Virus record (IMG/VR): IMGVR_UViG_3300027977_001210
Span: 1 to 56,596 of that record
Reading direction: 5' to 3' (one strand)
Source of the DNA: a virus
Taxonomy: Duplodnaviria > Caudoviricetes
Length of the DNA: 56,596 bases
Position numbers and translations under genes: made by a program. Positions 29,035 to 39,125 of this stretch are shown here, piece after piece. The notes beneath the pieces were generated by a model. The model ran no database searches. It was not told the DNA's origin and saw nothing but the letters and a program-made list of their open reading frames with translations. Positions within the stretch are counted from its first letter, which is position 1. Each line of letters begins with the position of its first letter.

Positions 29035-29570
29035 TTCTTATAAGTCCTAATCTGTAGGTTTATGCGTACATTGTATCCAATGTTACAACCAGTATGCCAA
29101 GCAAACGCATCATCAAATGTATAGGCATCTCCTGCTTTATAATGCGAGATCGTTTCTTTTTCGTAGACAAACAAATGACCAGGTTCCCAATCAGTTAACA
29201 TAATCCAGTGAGTTGTACATCCTTTATCTGCAGGAGTTAAATCTCTATGCCACGGCATGTATTGGCCCGGATGCATTTTGACAACCAACCATTCGCAGTA
29301 GTCACCGTCTAGTAATAAATTTTTACCAAAATCATACGGACAGTTATTTCCGTCAAACCCTTCCATATTAACTTGAGTAGTTTTATAAGACCCTGTAGCG
29401 TACCATTGTAACTCGTCGGCATTTAACGTCCAACCGTCTTCAGTAATGTCATTTTCTTTAACACCTTCGGGTAATTTTAAATCTCTTGGTAGCAAGAATC
29501 CTTGATTATCTTTAATAAATTGTATTGCTTTGGGATCGATCCTATCTATTACATTTTCTCTAAATCTCAT
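29031..29570 (-). CDS. Small 2OG/AspH-like oxygenase, 'YIGNF' family
   Basis: PGQYMPWHRD...DWEPGH...YKAGD...HTGCN...RINLQ. Confidence 0.75.
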   Translation of the reverse strand: MRFRENVIDRIDPKAIQFIKDNQGFLLPRDLKLPEGVKENDITEDGWTLNADELQWYATGSYKTTQVNMEGFDGNNCPYDFGKNLLLDGDYCEWLVVKMHPGQYMPWHRDLTPADKGCTTHWIMLTDWEPGHLFVYEKETISHYKAGDAYTFDDAFAWHTGCNIGYNVRINLQIRTYKK

Positions 29571-30100
29571 TATTCGCTCTCCTGTCTTGGAAAAATAACA
29601 ATAGTAAAAACTAATCGGGTAACACCAGATATGTTGGCTGCACCGTGTAGCACATCTTCTACTGTAAAGTGAAATACATCTCCTGCTTCCCAGTCTTTAA
29701 AGTATTCTCCACCATGTATAACCATATGTCCTTCTACATAGTCTTGCATAGGCATCCACAATCTCTTTTCATTCTTAAATCTAATATCATCACTATGTAA
29801 GGGCATATACCAGCCAGGTTTATATTTTAGAATGCCCCAGCGAATATTTGGCTCGCCTAAGAAACTAAAATCTGGTTCAAAGGGACAGTTAGTAGAATCA
29901 AACCTTTCTACAAAAGTACTAGTAGGATCTATACCCCATTCTGTAAACCATTTTAATCTTTCGCCAACATCGTGTACTGCATGATCTAATTCCCCTGCAT
30001 CGTAATAATCTTTAGGCATACGCTGTCCTGTGTTGTTAAGGCACCAGTCAATCCACTCTTGTTTAACGAAGTTAGGATTTTTTCTGATCAGCTTCATCAT
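29570..30100 (-). CDS. Small 2OG/AspH-like oxygenase, 'YIGNF' family (start about 30100)
   Basis: PGWYMPLHSD...RLW...AGD...HGAAN...RLVF. Confidence 0.75.
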   Translation of the reverse strand: MMKLIRKNPNFVKQEWIDWCLNNTGQRMPKDYYDAGELDHAVHDVGERLKWFTEWGIDPTSTFVERFDSTNCPFEPDFSFLGEPNIRWGILKYKPGWYMPLHSDDIRFKNEKRLWMPMQDYVEGHMVIHGGEYFKDWEAGDVFHFTVEDVLHGAANISGVTRLVFTIVIFPRQESE

Positions 30101-30773
30101 TGCTTTTGATCTCCTTGTACAACCACTCTGCAATTATTTTGTTTGTCTCGGGACCTGGATGTTTTTCAACACGACCTTCATCTATTAATTTAAATGTAGT
30201 TACATTCCAATCGTCATCAATTTGTCCATCAAAGCCAAATTCTACCATGTTGTTTTTAGCGATAGCTTGTACGCTTACTCTTGCTTGACTAGAGTACCAG
30301 TCTAATGACTCCATTAATTGCGGCCACGGAGTGCTACAAAACTGTGGATGTGAAGCCCTGTGTGCTTGAACATCTATAGGGTCGGTTGTTGTTGGATCCC
30401 AGTGTAACCAACGACTACTGTCTAAGTAAGATACTAACCACTTCTTAGGTATATGCTTTCTAGCTAACATACTCATTGTTAGTAGAACGTGTTGGTTTGA
30501 TGCCGCAGCAAAACCTAAATTAATTACAGGCTCTCCCAACATTTCTTGTAAGTAGTGACTTATTGTTTCGTTTTCTAAAACACCTTCACCGAATATATTA
30601 GATGCTCCTAATAGCACATAACTATTCTCCCAATTGATCGTGTCAAACTCGGGACAACGATATCCGTAAGAATTAACTCGATAGTTGATAGGGTTTATTC
30701 TTGGATAAACATTTTCCATTTGGGGCGGTAAAAAGTTTTCTTCAAACCACCACCAACTTTTATAATTATTCAT
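30072..30773 (-). CDS. SGNH-like protein (paralog of 31470-32147)
   Basis: NSYGYRCPEF, LGASNIFGEG, INLG, HPG. Confidence 0.65.
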   Translation of the reverse strand: MNNYKSWWWFEENFLPPQMENVYPRINPINYRVNSYGYRCPEFDTINWENSYVLLGASNIFGEGVLENETISHYLQEMLGEPVINLGFAAASNQHVLLTMSMLARKHIPKKWLVSYLDSSRWLHWDPTTTDPIDVQAHRASHPQFCSTPWPQLMESLDWYSSQARVSVQAIAKNNMVEFGFDGQIDDDWNVTTFKLIDEGRVEKHPGPETNKIIAEWLYKEIKSNDEADQKKS

Positions 30774-30777
30774 GTCT

Positions 30778-31473
30778 TTACTCTTTTGTTAAGTTGTATA
30801 TGGTTAATCCACCGTTCTTGTAATTTAATAAATTACGCATATCAACAAAGTGATTGCTGATACTTGGGTAAATTACGTTTACAGTAAACTCCGGAAAATA
30901 ATTTAGAAATTCGTCATTGGTGAAACTAACTTCATATGGAACATCTTCCTGATCTGTTCTTAATAATTCTGATCGATACTTTACAGGTACTAGTTTCTTA
31001 ACGGTTTTACCGTAGCTGTTGTACACTCCTAGTATAAGTTTACCATTGGGTTTAATCATATTCTTAATTTTTTCTATGGCAATTTTATAATCTGGCATAT
31101 GATGTATTACACCGTTACAAACAATACAGTCATACTTTTGTTCTGAATAAAAATTAAAGAAATCTTCTTTGAAATAATTTACATTTTTTATTTTGTTTTT
31201 AACACCGAATCTTCGAGCGTAGTCTATGCTATCGCTGAAATCCACAGCATCAAATTTTATTTTAGAATTCTTGATTGCTAATAGATTAGTAATAAATCCT
31301 GTTCCACAGCCGACGTCTAATACTTGACTACATCCCTGTACTCCATCGTTATAAACAGATAAGAAATTATTGTGTATACTATCTCGATAAAAATTTAAAT
31401 CATCAAGACTATACAATCCTGGAAATTTAATTTCACTATAAAAATTTTGAACTTGACTTGCTGCACTTGTCAT
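30778..31473 (-). CDS. Class I SAM-dependent methyltransferase
   Basis: VLDVGCGTG, YDCIVCNGVIHH, KPNGKLIL. Confidence 0.9.
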   Translation of the reverse strand: MTSAASQVQNFYSEIKFPGLYSLDDLNFYRDSIHNNFLSVYNDGVQGCSQVLDVGCGTGFITNLLAIKNSKIKFDAVDFSDSIDYARRFGVKNKIKNVNYFKEDFFNFYSEQKYDCIVCNGVIHHMPDYKIAIEKIKNMIKPNGKLILGVYNSYGKTVKKLVPVKYRSELLRTDQEDVPYEVSFTNDEFLNYFPEFTVNVIYPSISNHFVDMRNLLNYKNGGLTIYNLTKE

Positions 31474-32147
31474 AGTCTTAGTTTCTTAATTTTATTGTAT
31501 AATATTTCAGCAGCCTTACGCTGTGTTTCGATACCAATGTGTTGATCGTCTACACATGTGTCCAAGTATGGCACAGGAGTAACTCCCCATTCTCTTAAAA
31601 TTGGAAAAGGATCTCCGCCGATTTCAACTAGCCTATTACCTGCTATTGCCTGTGCAGTTACTCGTGCTTGACTTGAATACCAATGCAAAGAATCTAGTAT
31701 TTGAGGATAGGGATTGCCACAATATTGTTCGTGGGGTCCTCGGTGAGCTTGTACATCTACAGGATTTTCAGACTTTGCGTCCCAATGTAGCCATCTGCCT
31801 TCATCGCTCCAACCAACCAACCATGCCTTGGGTATATGATGTTTTGCCAACATACTCATAGTTAAAACAATATGCTGATTCGAAGCGGCAGGCACTGATA
31901 AATTAATTACAGGCTCTCCCAACATTTCTTGTAGAAAGTGGCTCATCACTTCGTTGTCTTTTAAACCTTCTCCAAAGACATCCGATCCGCCTAGTAACAC
32001 ATAACTGTTTTTCCAGTCAATCGTATCAAACTCGGGACATCTGTAGTTGTGCGAATTCACACCATAGTTGGGATGATTTTTTCTAGGGTACGGATTATAA
32101 TCTTGCGGAGGCAAGAAGTTGTTATCAAACCATGGCCAACTTTTCAT
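31470..32147 (-). CDS. SGNH-like protein (paralog of 30072-30773)
   Basis: YRCPEFDTI.W.NSYVLLG.S, LQEMLGEPVINL, DDQH. Confidence 0.65.
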   Translation of the reverse strand: MKSWPWFDNNFLPPQDYNPYPRKNHPNYGVNSHNYRCPEFDTIDWKNSYVLLGGSDVFGEGLKDNEVMSHFLQEMLGEPVINLSVPAASNQHIVLTMSMLAKHHIPKAWLVGWSDEGRWLHWDAKSENPVDVQAHRGPHEQYCGNPYPQILDSLHWYSSQARVTAQAIAGNRLVEIGGDPFPILREWGVTPVPYLDTCVDDQHIGIETQRKAAEILYNKIKKLRL

Positions 32148-32818
32148 AACTTTATAATTCCAGTTATCTTTTTAATTTCTTCTAAATATTTGTCTTCAAA
32201 CGCAAATACTAGATGAACCCTGTCTTGCTTACCGTCATTAAATGCGGCATGCATTTTTCTAGTGTCGCACAGATAAGGAGTTCCTAAATCTTTAAAATAA
32301 AAATACTTGTCGTCAGATAACCATCGGTTTTTGTCATTAGTGATTATAGGTATATGCACTCTTAACAAAAAGTCTTGATCAGTGTGTGGGATGGTTGCTC
32401 CGGTAGACGGAAACACTGAAATTATTACATGGTGAGCATACGGAATAACTTCAAGTAGTTTTTCTACTATCCCAAATGCTAATAGAGTCTTACGTTCTTC
32501 TTTTAAATTTTTCTCGGCATAACTAAACTCATTAAGAACTTCAGGCCATGGAGGATTTGACTTGCTAGTTTCGTCTAGTATCTCTGTAGTAATTGCCCAT
32601 CCGTAGTTTGGTAAACTGTCAGCAACACGAGTTGCTGTGTATTCGTCTTTTTTTGCAAATTCTTTAACACTCCATCGATACTCGGGGTAATTGAGTGTTA
32701 GTGTCTGATAGTAATCTTGCAATTGAGTTACGTCGACAGAGAAGTTTAATTTTTCTACAGGGTTTTTCATATAGTATTTATCGGCCCCATATGCGTTAAA
32801 ATAGGGTTCTTGATGCAA
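32144..32818 (-). CDS. Aspartyl/asparaginyl beta-hydroxylase-like oxygenase (start may be 32770)
   Basis: PHTD...RVHIPIITN...HAAFN...RVHL. Confidence 0.8.
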   Translation of the reverse strand: MHQEPYFNAYGADKYYMKNPVEKLNFSVDVTQLQDYYQTLTLNYPEYRWSVKEFAKKDEYTATRVADSLPNYGWAITTEILDETSKSNPPWPEVLNEFSYAEKNLKEERKTLLAFGIVEKLLEVIPYAHHVIISVFPSTGATIPHTDQDFLLRVHIPIITNDKNRWLSDDKYFYFKDLGTPYLCDTRKMHAAFNDGKQDRVHLVFAFEDKYLEEIKKITGIIKL

Positions 32819-34649
32819 TCAAAATATTGCCGTAGTAGTATTGGTATGTACCGTTTAAGTCATACAGTAGATCGCCAATATCTTTAAAGTTGTTGTATTT
32901 TATTTTAGAAAACAGTGATCTGCTTACGGTATTCATCCTATCTTCAGAGTGTATTAGTTTACTGTCCTGTTTACACAGTTTTTTATCAGCACCAACAGAC
33001 AGCAACCATTCGTTAACTATTGGATCTAAGTCTTCAAAATTCTTAAAATATTCTAAAATTAAATAAGCCCAGACCAAAATAGTATAGTTAGTATTGTTGT
33101 TCCATTGAATGCTAAGTTGTGTAGTGTTAGTTTCATCTTTTACAAATGCTGTTAGGTGATCGTCTAAATGCTGTAAGCTCTTACTTTGCAGTAATAACTT
33201 AGGGTAGCATTCATTGTAGAATTGCTTTAAGAATTCACCAAATGGTATACCTAGATCTTTAATAGTCTTTCTGTAGACTCCGCTTTGCTCAAAGAAAAAG
33301 TAAATGGCATAAATTGTCATCATATCTTTATAGTCGTTTCGAGAGTATGTTTTACTTTCTACAACGATCTCTGCGGGAATAGACCATGCATCATCACTAT
33401 AAGATTTCTTTGCAGTTTGTAATCCAAACTTATTTCTATACATATCGTCGTACGACTCTGCTTCTGGTAATAAATGCCATTCATATGCTCTAACAAGGAC
33501 ACCCTCAGAGTACGGCTTGTTAAACTCAGTGTACCAAATTTCAGTGGTCATACCAGGTAGCCCTAGTATAAGTTCTACAACAGCTTCATAGTGATAAGTT
33601 TGTCGTAAGTAGTTTGCAAGTTCCCAGTGTTCGTTATCTCTTAAATCTGTGCGTTTAATGTTGTCTAGTATTTGTGTGTTAAATGATTGCTGGCTAATTT
33701 TATAAACATACGATAAATTATTCTCAGCCTCAATTGTAAAAATACTTCGCAGGTATTCAAAATGTCTGTTAGTTTTTGCAAATCCACCGTATTGTATATT
33801 TGGAAATTCTTTACCAACATATGTTTTCTTCTTATCTGCAATGTATTGAATGATTTCTACATCGCGGTCGCCGTTAATGCCAAAGTTTGCATCGCATATA
33901 TAGATACTGGATACTGCCTGTGCCATTAATACATCCAAGTCTGTTCTAACACACTCGATGTCTTTCTTGATAACTTTAGTGCCAACACCACCTCCCCAGT
34001 CACAGAATGTACATTGATAAGGACACCCTCTTGTAGTTTCTAATTTACAATGAAGTGTAGCAGTTGAGTGAGCTTTGAATTTTTCTACATATTCTTTGAC
34101 AAACTCTGCTTGTTCTTTAAACGCACTGAAGTCCCATTTAAAGTCTAATTGATATGTTGCCTTAGGGCTCTGTAATTGTAGTGTACGTTTCTTATTAGGA
34201 TATACAATCTTTTCAACCTTGTTCCAGTCTATGCCAGACTCGGATAAGTTGTTAAGCATATCTGTAATAACAACCTCACCGTAGACTTCACTAGGTACAC
34301 TGGCATCAATAAATGTGTGTTTTTGAAACCAATCCTTACTATGTTTAAAATATTGGTGAGGGCCACCTGTTATAACAATACAGTTGGGCCATGTTTCTTT
34401 GACCCATTGGCATATACGCAAACTTTTTTCAAAGTTCCACACATATAAACTTACACCAAAGATATCGGGAGGATTGTTTGATATTTCTATTTTAGCCAAG
34501 TCTTCATCTAAGAACTCAGCAATGGGTAACACCCAATTATATTTCTCAGGATGCTGTCCGTACTTCTCGTAATATGTTTTTGCACTTGCCCATAATACTG
34601 GAATAAATGTGTCGCTGTCACTGAACGACAGTATATGTATATTTTTCAT
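32796..34649 (-). CDS. B12-binding radical SAM protein
   Basis: PDIFGVSLYVWN, TGGP, ETTRGCPYQCTFCDWG, DANFG, LGLPG. Confidence 0.9.
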   Translation of the reverse strand: MKNIHILSFSDSDTFIPVLWASAKTYYEKYGQHPEKYNWVLPIAEFLDEDLAKIEISNNPPDIFGVSLYVWNFEKSLRICQWVKETWPNCIVITGGPHQYFKHSKDWFQKHTFIDASVPSEVYGEVVITDMLNNLSESGIDWNKVEKIVYPNKKRTLQLQSPKATYQLDFKWDFSAFKEQAEFVKEYVEKFKAHSTATLHCKLETTRGCPYQCTFCDWGGGVGTKVIKKDIECVRTDLDVLMAQAVSSIYICDANFGINGDRDVEIIQYIADKKKTYVGKEFPNIQYGGFAKTNRHFEYLRSIFTIEAENNLSYVYKISQQSFNTQILDNIKRTDLRDNEHWELANYLRQTYHYEAVVELILGLPGMTTEIWYTEFNKPYSEGVLVRAYEWHLLPEAESYDDMYRNKFGLQTAKKSYSDDAWSIPAEIVVESKTYSRNDYKDMMTIYAIYFFFEQSGVYRKTIKDLGIPFGEFLKQFYNECYPKLLLQSKSLQHLDDHLTAFVKDETNTTQLSIQWNNNTNYTILVWAYLILEYFKNFEDLDPIVNEWLLSVGADKKLCKQDSKLIHSEDRMNTVSRSLFSKIKYNNFKDIGDLLYDLNGTYQYYYGNILIASRTLF

Positions 34650-35149
34650 TCCTCATATTCTCTAACCTGTAAGATTATTCTAGGAGTTAGACTAATGTTT
34701 ACAGCACAGTGAACAATAGAGGCATCATATTCAAATACGTCACCTTTTTTGTAATTAGTCACAGTGTTGTCTCGATACATGAACACATGACCTACATTCC
34801 AGTCTTGAAAAGGCATCCAATAACTTTTTGCATTTTTTCTAGTTGCCATAGAAAGATCTCCGTGGATTGGAATAAATTGTCCAGGCATCATCTTAACAAT
34901 CCACCAATCCCAACTTTGAGGACTCCATGGGGCTTCTATGTTGAACGAACAATGTTCTTTATAAAATGCAGAAAAGAAATGATCGTTTCTGCTATATCCA
35001 GAGTTGAACCATTTTTTTTCGTCCTCATTAAGAATCACAGAAGGATCATTTGATAAATCTTTAGGAAGACTCCACCCAGAATTATTTAATATTTCTTGAA
35101 TCCACGAATCTTGTATCCAAGATGAAAAATTGCCTATATAGTTCATCAA
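34646..35149 (-). CDS. Small 2OG/AspH-like oxygenase, 'YIGNF' family
   Basis: NYIGNF; PGQFIPIHGD...HCAVN...RIILQ. Confidence 0.75.
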   Translation of the reverse strand: MMNYIGNFSSWIQDSWIQEILNNSGWSLPKDLSNDPSVILNEDEKKWFNSGYSRNDHFFSAFYKEHCSFNIEAPWSPQSWDWWIVKMMPGQFIPIHGDLSMATRKNAKSYWMPFQDWNVGHVFMYRDNTVTNYKKGDVFEYDASIVHCAVNISLTPRIILQVREYEE

Positions 35150-35733
35150 CCAATACCTCGATTAGGTCTCCAGGTAGTAATTTGTAGTGCTACTCTAGTT
35201 TGCATACCGGCGTTAGCAGCACCATGCAGTATGAACGGGTCAGTAAACTTATAAACATCTCCGGCTTTATATTTGATAATTGCGTCCTCTTCAGTCATCA
35301 AAACTTGTCCTGGTTCCCAGTCAGTCCATGCCATCCAATATTTGTATGTAGGGCACCCGACTGAATACGAATCTCTGTGCATAGGTGTAAATTTACCCGG
35401 TTGTAATTTAGTAATCCACCAAGCAAACGGCCCGTCGAATTCTAAGAATGGCGGACGATTTTCTGGTTTCATTATATTAAAAGATAGATCCGGAACATCA
35501 AACATTTCAAAGAAAAAGTTTCCGTCATAGTCATACGCTTCGTTCATTTGCTGCCAATCTTTTTGTTCTTCATCAAAACTAACTTTGTCAAACTTGCCCC
35601 GCAAAGATTTTTGCACCATTTCTTCATGCACTCTATAATCTTGTGGTATCATAGGTCCAATATTTGTTAGAACTTCTTCAAGCCATTCGGGCTTGATCCA
35701 TTCTGCATAATTACCCATATATGTTAAACTCAT
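35146..35733 (-). CDS. Small 2OG/AspH-like oxygenase, 'YIGNF' family
   Basis: YMGNY; PGKFTPMHRD...HGAAN...RVALQ. Confidence 0.75.
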   Translation of the reverse strand: MSLTYMGNYAEWIKPEWLEEVLTNIGPMIPQDYRVHEEMVQKSLRGKFDKVSFDEEQKDWQQMNEAYDYDGNFFFEMFDVPDLSFNIMKPENRPPFLEFDGPFAWWITKLQPGKFTPMHRDSYSVGCPTYKYWMAWTDWEPGQVLMTEEDAIIKYKAGDVYKFTDPFILHGAANAGMQTRVALQITTWRPNRGIG

Positions 35734-36194
35734 ATTTTACCCTTTAAAATATTGTGAATTCTATTATAATTTTCTATTCTGTCAGTTATATCTTCTAATT
35801 CAGGATTAATACGATTTGATAAGTTTTTAAAATCGTAGTTGTCTGCTACAATGTTAAGATAATTAGTATTCCACAACCAACCTGCTGAATCAAGAGCACC
35901 TTCTAGTGTTAGACAATAGGCATTTATATCTTTCATTGGCATTTTAATAAATGCTGCAAATCGTCTTAACATAATATCATTCACCGGCGCTAATTTTTCA
36001 AGTTCTTTAAATCCGTTAGTTTTATATTCAAACTGATCAATAAATCCAGCTAGGCGTTGTTCCGACGACACCCTATACTTAGGAACAACATTATTAACAG
36101 CATCAAATAATACATCTACATCCCCGTCGTATAAACTAAGGCTGTTTGATAACTTGTCCTTTGTAAAATCAAATTCAAAATCAAACTTAAACAC
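35730..36194 (-). CDS. Degenerate GH19 (chitinase/endolysin-like) protein
   Basis: RLAGFIDQ...SAGWLWN...LN..AD...RIN frame retained; catalytic HE(S/T) and central region missing. Confidence 0.6.
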   Translation of the reverse strand: MFKFDFEFDFTKDKLSNSLSLYDGDVDVLFDAVNNVVPKYRVSSEQRLAGFIDQFEYKTNGFKELEKLAPVNDIMLRRFAAFIKMPMKDINAYCLTLEGALDSAGWLWNTNYLNIVADNYDFKNLSNRINPELEDITDRIENYNRIHNILKGKI

Positions 36195-36966
36195 TTGTCA
36201 ACTCCTTGAACAGATAGTTGGCATATTGTTCGTGTGTTTGTAATGTAGGGTGTCCCCATAGTAAACTGTCACTGCCTTTAAAGTCATCTATTGTCTTGCT
36301 TCCTAAAAACAACTGGTTTTGCAATACTTTAAGTGTATCATTAAACATGTTGTTATATTCTTTCAGTTTGTATTCACTTGCTCGCATAGCAGGAACGACA
36401 CATAGGTTATACGCAGTTTTAAAATACCCAATGGACATTAGCACCATTAGGTCGTCCCATATAATTCTATCATCAGTAAACCATTTTAACATGGCTTTGT
36501 CTGTGTTGCAATCTATCACCGTAGATGCATTACCATTCTTTCCTACGCCAATCAGTCCCAGCATCGATGCTATTTGAAATGATGCAGGCTTGTCGTTAAA
36601 GAACACATTACGGTCGGGTTTGGTTTGACTAAAAATAACTAAATCTGTTTGAGTTAATTGTTCTTTATAATTAAGAAACTGCCATAACATCTTTTGCATT
36701 GAGTTTCCGCTTTCTGCAAAGTTAACACACTCTGCATTCATTAACATTGCCAGCTTTGCCGGCCAAGCAAGCGCATATTGTCTTTCGATTACACTAGTAT
36801 ATTGTTCCTGATAGATAACATTGTTTTCAATGGCGTTAAAGAAGTCTCTTGGGTCTGTATTGTTGCGAGTAGCAAGTAACTCAACAGCCAGTTCGTCATA
36901 TAGTAATTCTTCACCGGTCGCATAACTACATCCAAACACAACAATTCTTTTAATGCTGTTCATCAA
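36187..36966 (-). CDS. SGNH-like protein
   Basis: VFGCSY, NFAESGNS, GHPT. Confidence 0.6.
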   Translation of the reverse strand: MMNSIKRIVVFGCSYATGEELLYDELAVELLATRNNTDPRDFFNAIENNVIYQEQYTSVIERQYALAWPAKLAMLMNAECVNFAESGNSMQKMLWQFLNYKEQLTQTDLVIFSQTKPDRNVFFNDKPASFQIASMLGLIGVGKNGNASTVIDCNTDKAMLKWFTDDRIIWDDLMVLMSIGYFKTAYNLCVVPAMRASEYKLKEYNNMFNDTLKVLQNQLFLGSKTIDDFKGSDSLLWGHPTLQTHEQYANYLFKELTSV

Positions 36967-37504
36967 AAATAGTTACCTGGAAGGTTATACGAGTAGTAAG
37001 ACCAATGTTGGCCGCGCCATGAGTTCCAAAAGGATCTGTAAACTTGTAAGCATCTGCAGCCTTATAGGGAGCAATCATCTGATCTCCGTAAATTAAAACA
37101 TGACCATCTTGCCAATCTAGCCAACTCATCCAATAACGCTCGCAGTTGTTTTCCCACTTAGTTGCCTTGTCGCTGTGTACCGGCAATAGATTACCTGGAT
37201 GATATTTAAAAAGATTCCAATAGTATCCTTGTCCTTCCTTTAAATTTACAAATGGTGGCAATGGTATTTCAAAAGGAAAATTATCCTGATCGAATACATA
37301 ATATAACAATGAATTGTGTTTGTAGCCAGCTGCTTCGTATTTCTGTTGAAACTCACAGAACTCTGCACGTTCTCCTCGTTCAATCGCTCCCATCAGATCG
37401 TTTTGTTCAAATTCGTATTTAGGTTGGGGATTGCCGTCATTGGCCAAGACGTACTCTACCCATTCTGGTTTTAACCAATCTTTAAAATTTCCTATATATT
37501 TCAT
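36950..37504 (-). CDS. Small 2OG/AspH-like oxygenase, 'YIGNF' family
   Basis: MKYIGNFKDW; PGNLLPVHSD...RYW...HGAAN...RITFQ. Confidence 0.75.
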   Translation of the reverse strand: MKYIGNFKDWLKPEWVEYVLANDGNPQPKYEFEQNDLMGAIERGERAEFCEFQQKYEAAGYKHNSLLYYVFDQDNFPFEIPLPPFVNLKEGQGYYWNLFKYHPGNLLPVHSDKATKWENNCERYWMSWLDWQDGHVLIYGDQMIAPYKAADAYKFTDPFGTHGAANIGLTTRITFQVTIFDEQH

Positions 37505-37522
37505 CTCTGGTTTTCTCTATGT

Positions 37523-37544
37523 TAAATAACTGACTACATATTTA
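37523..37544. promoter_or_regulatory. Opposed TAAATA motifs in divergent intergenic region
   Basis: taaata 37523-37528 (+) and tattta 37539-37544 (-). Confidence 0.55.
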
Positions 37545-37560
37545 TTTTAATACCTACCCA

Positions 37561-38535
37561 ATGCAATTATTTCAAGATATTCCTTTCACTGATATAGTAA
37601 GATTTGGACAACGAACAATGTTGTCCAGACCTCTATTTTCAACGAGTTGGATACTTGGTAGATTTTGTAACTATAATTGTAGTTACTGTTGGCCATACGC
37701 TCGATCAGATAAAGTGGATCATCAAACATTAGAAGTTTATAAAAACACTGTCGATGAAATAAAACGTCAAGCTCGTGAAAATAATTTTACAGAATTTCAT
37801 TGGAGCTTCAGCGGTGGAGAGCCTACTGCTTATAAACAGTTAAATGATCTTGTTAAACATTTAGACGAATTAGAATCTAAGTATCAAAGCATACACATGA
37901 CCACTAATTTGAGTCCTGGTAGCAAGTGGTGGAACACTTGGTGTAAGAACACTGAGATGTTACAACGTAGAAGTATCACAGCCAGCTTTCATGATGAATT
38001 TGCCAAAGAGCAAGAGTTTGGTGACAAGTGTTTACAGTTACAGTATGAGCTAGTACATGTCACTATTAATCAAGTAATGGTACCTGAAAAATTTTATGAG
38101 CTGTACGAGCGTATGGAACGATTCCACAAACGTGGAATCAATGTAACACTTAAACCCCAAAGCGATCCTACAGCTAGTTCGATTGTTGGTGGATACACTG
38201 AAGATATGATTAACAAAATGCAAACGGGATTTCCACAACGTGCCAATGGCGAAGAACTATACCAAATAGCGTTATACGAGGCAGATGGTACCGAACATCT
38301 GTTTGATCAAGCAGAACGCTTTAACGCTTTTGGATTTAACAAATTTAAAGATTGGACTTGCAATGCAGGATACCAAAGTGTTATAATAAGAGGTAATGAG
38401 ATTAAAAGAAGTTATAGCTGTCACGATGTGCCGCTAGGCACCTTGGATAAGTTTGAATTATTTACAGCGCCTATAAGATGTGTTACTTCGAGTTGTGTTA
38501 GTTCGGCAGATAGCAAAATACCCAAATGCAAATAG
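37561..38535 (+). CDS. Radical SAM protein with C-terminal twitch-like Cys cluster (type A)
   Basis: CNYNCSYC, SGGEP, FKDWTCNAG...C...C...C. Confidence 0.9.
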   Translation: MQLFQDIPFTDIVRFGQRTMLSRPLFSTSWILGRFCNYNCSYCWPYARSDKVDHQTLEVYKNTVDEIKRQARENNFTEFHWSFSGGEPTAYKQLNDLVKHLDELESKYQSIHMTTNLSPGSKWWNTWCKNTEMLQRRSITASFHDEFAKEQEFGDKCLQLQYELVHVTINQVMVPEKFYELYERMERFHKRGINVTLKPQSDPTASSIVGGYTEDMINKMQTGFPQRANGEELYQIALYEADGTEHLFDQAERFNAFGFNKFKDWTCNAGYQSVIIRGNEIKRSYSCHDVPLGTLDKFELFTAPIRCVTSSCVSSADSKIPKCK

Positions 38536-39125
38536 ACACTGAACATCTGCATCACTGGATGCAGGCCATTCGGCAAAGTCCAGATCCTATACGGACTATG
38601 GATGCCTTTTGGAGTGGCCAACTTAAAAGCAAGGAATGGTTGATTACAAATCTACGCAAGAATATTAATAAGTTTGTCAGTATAGACATTCACGGAGGGT
38701 GGGTTGGAGTATTAGCTAGTATGCTATTTCAAACTGATATGCCTATCAAGAATATTCGTAGCGTCGATGTCGATCCTAGTTGCGAGTTTATTGCGACTAA
38801 CATGAATAAAATAGAAGAAATGGTTGGAAGGTTTCGTGCTGTCACAGCAGACATGTGTGAAATACGCAGTGATGCAGATGTCATTATCAATACTAGTTGT
38901 GAACATATCACCCAGGATCAATATGATCTATGGTTAAGCGGAATGCCTCACAACAGTATGTTGGTATTACAAAGCAACGATTATGATATTCCCGAACATG
39001 TTCGCACAGCAAGAACGTTAGACGAATTTAAAAAACAATGTGGTTTAGATCATGTATTGTTTGCCGGCGAACTAGAACTGCCTTTATACAAAAGGTTTAT
39101 GATTATTGGATCAGTCAATGGATAA
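38526..39125 (+). CDS. SAM-dependent methyltransferase-like protein
   Basis: IHGGWVG, SVDVD, INTSCEH Rossmann-type pattern. Confidence 0.6.
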   Translation: MQIDTEHLHHWMQAIRQSPDPIRTMDAFWSGQLKSKEWLITNLRKNINKFVSIDIHGGWVGVLASMLFQTDMPIKNIRSVDVDPSCEFIATNMNKIEEMVGRFRAVTADMCEIRSDADVIINTSCEHITQDQYDLWLSGMPHNSMLVLQSNDYDIPEHVRTARTLDEFKKQCGLDHVLFAGELELPLYKRFMIIGSVNG

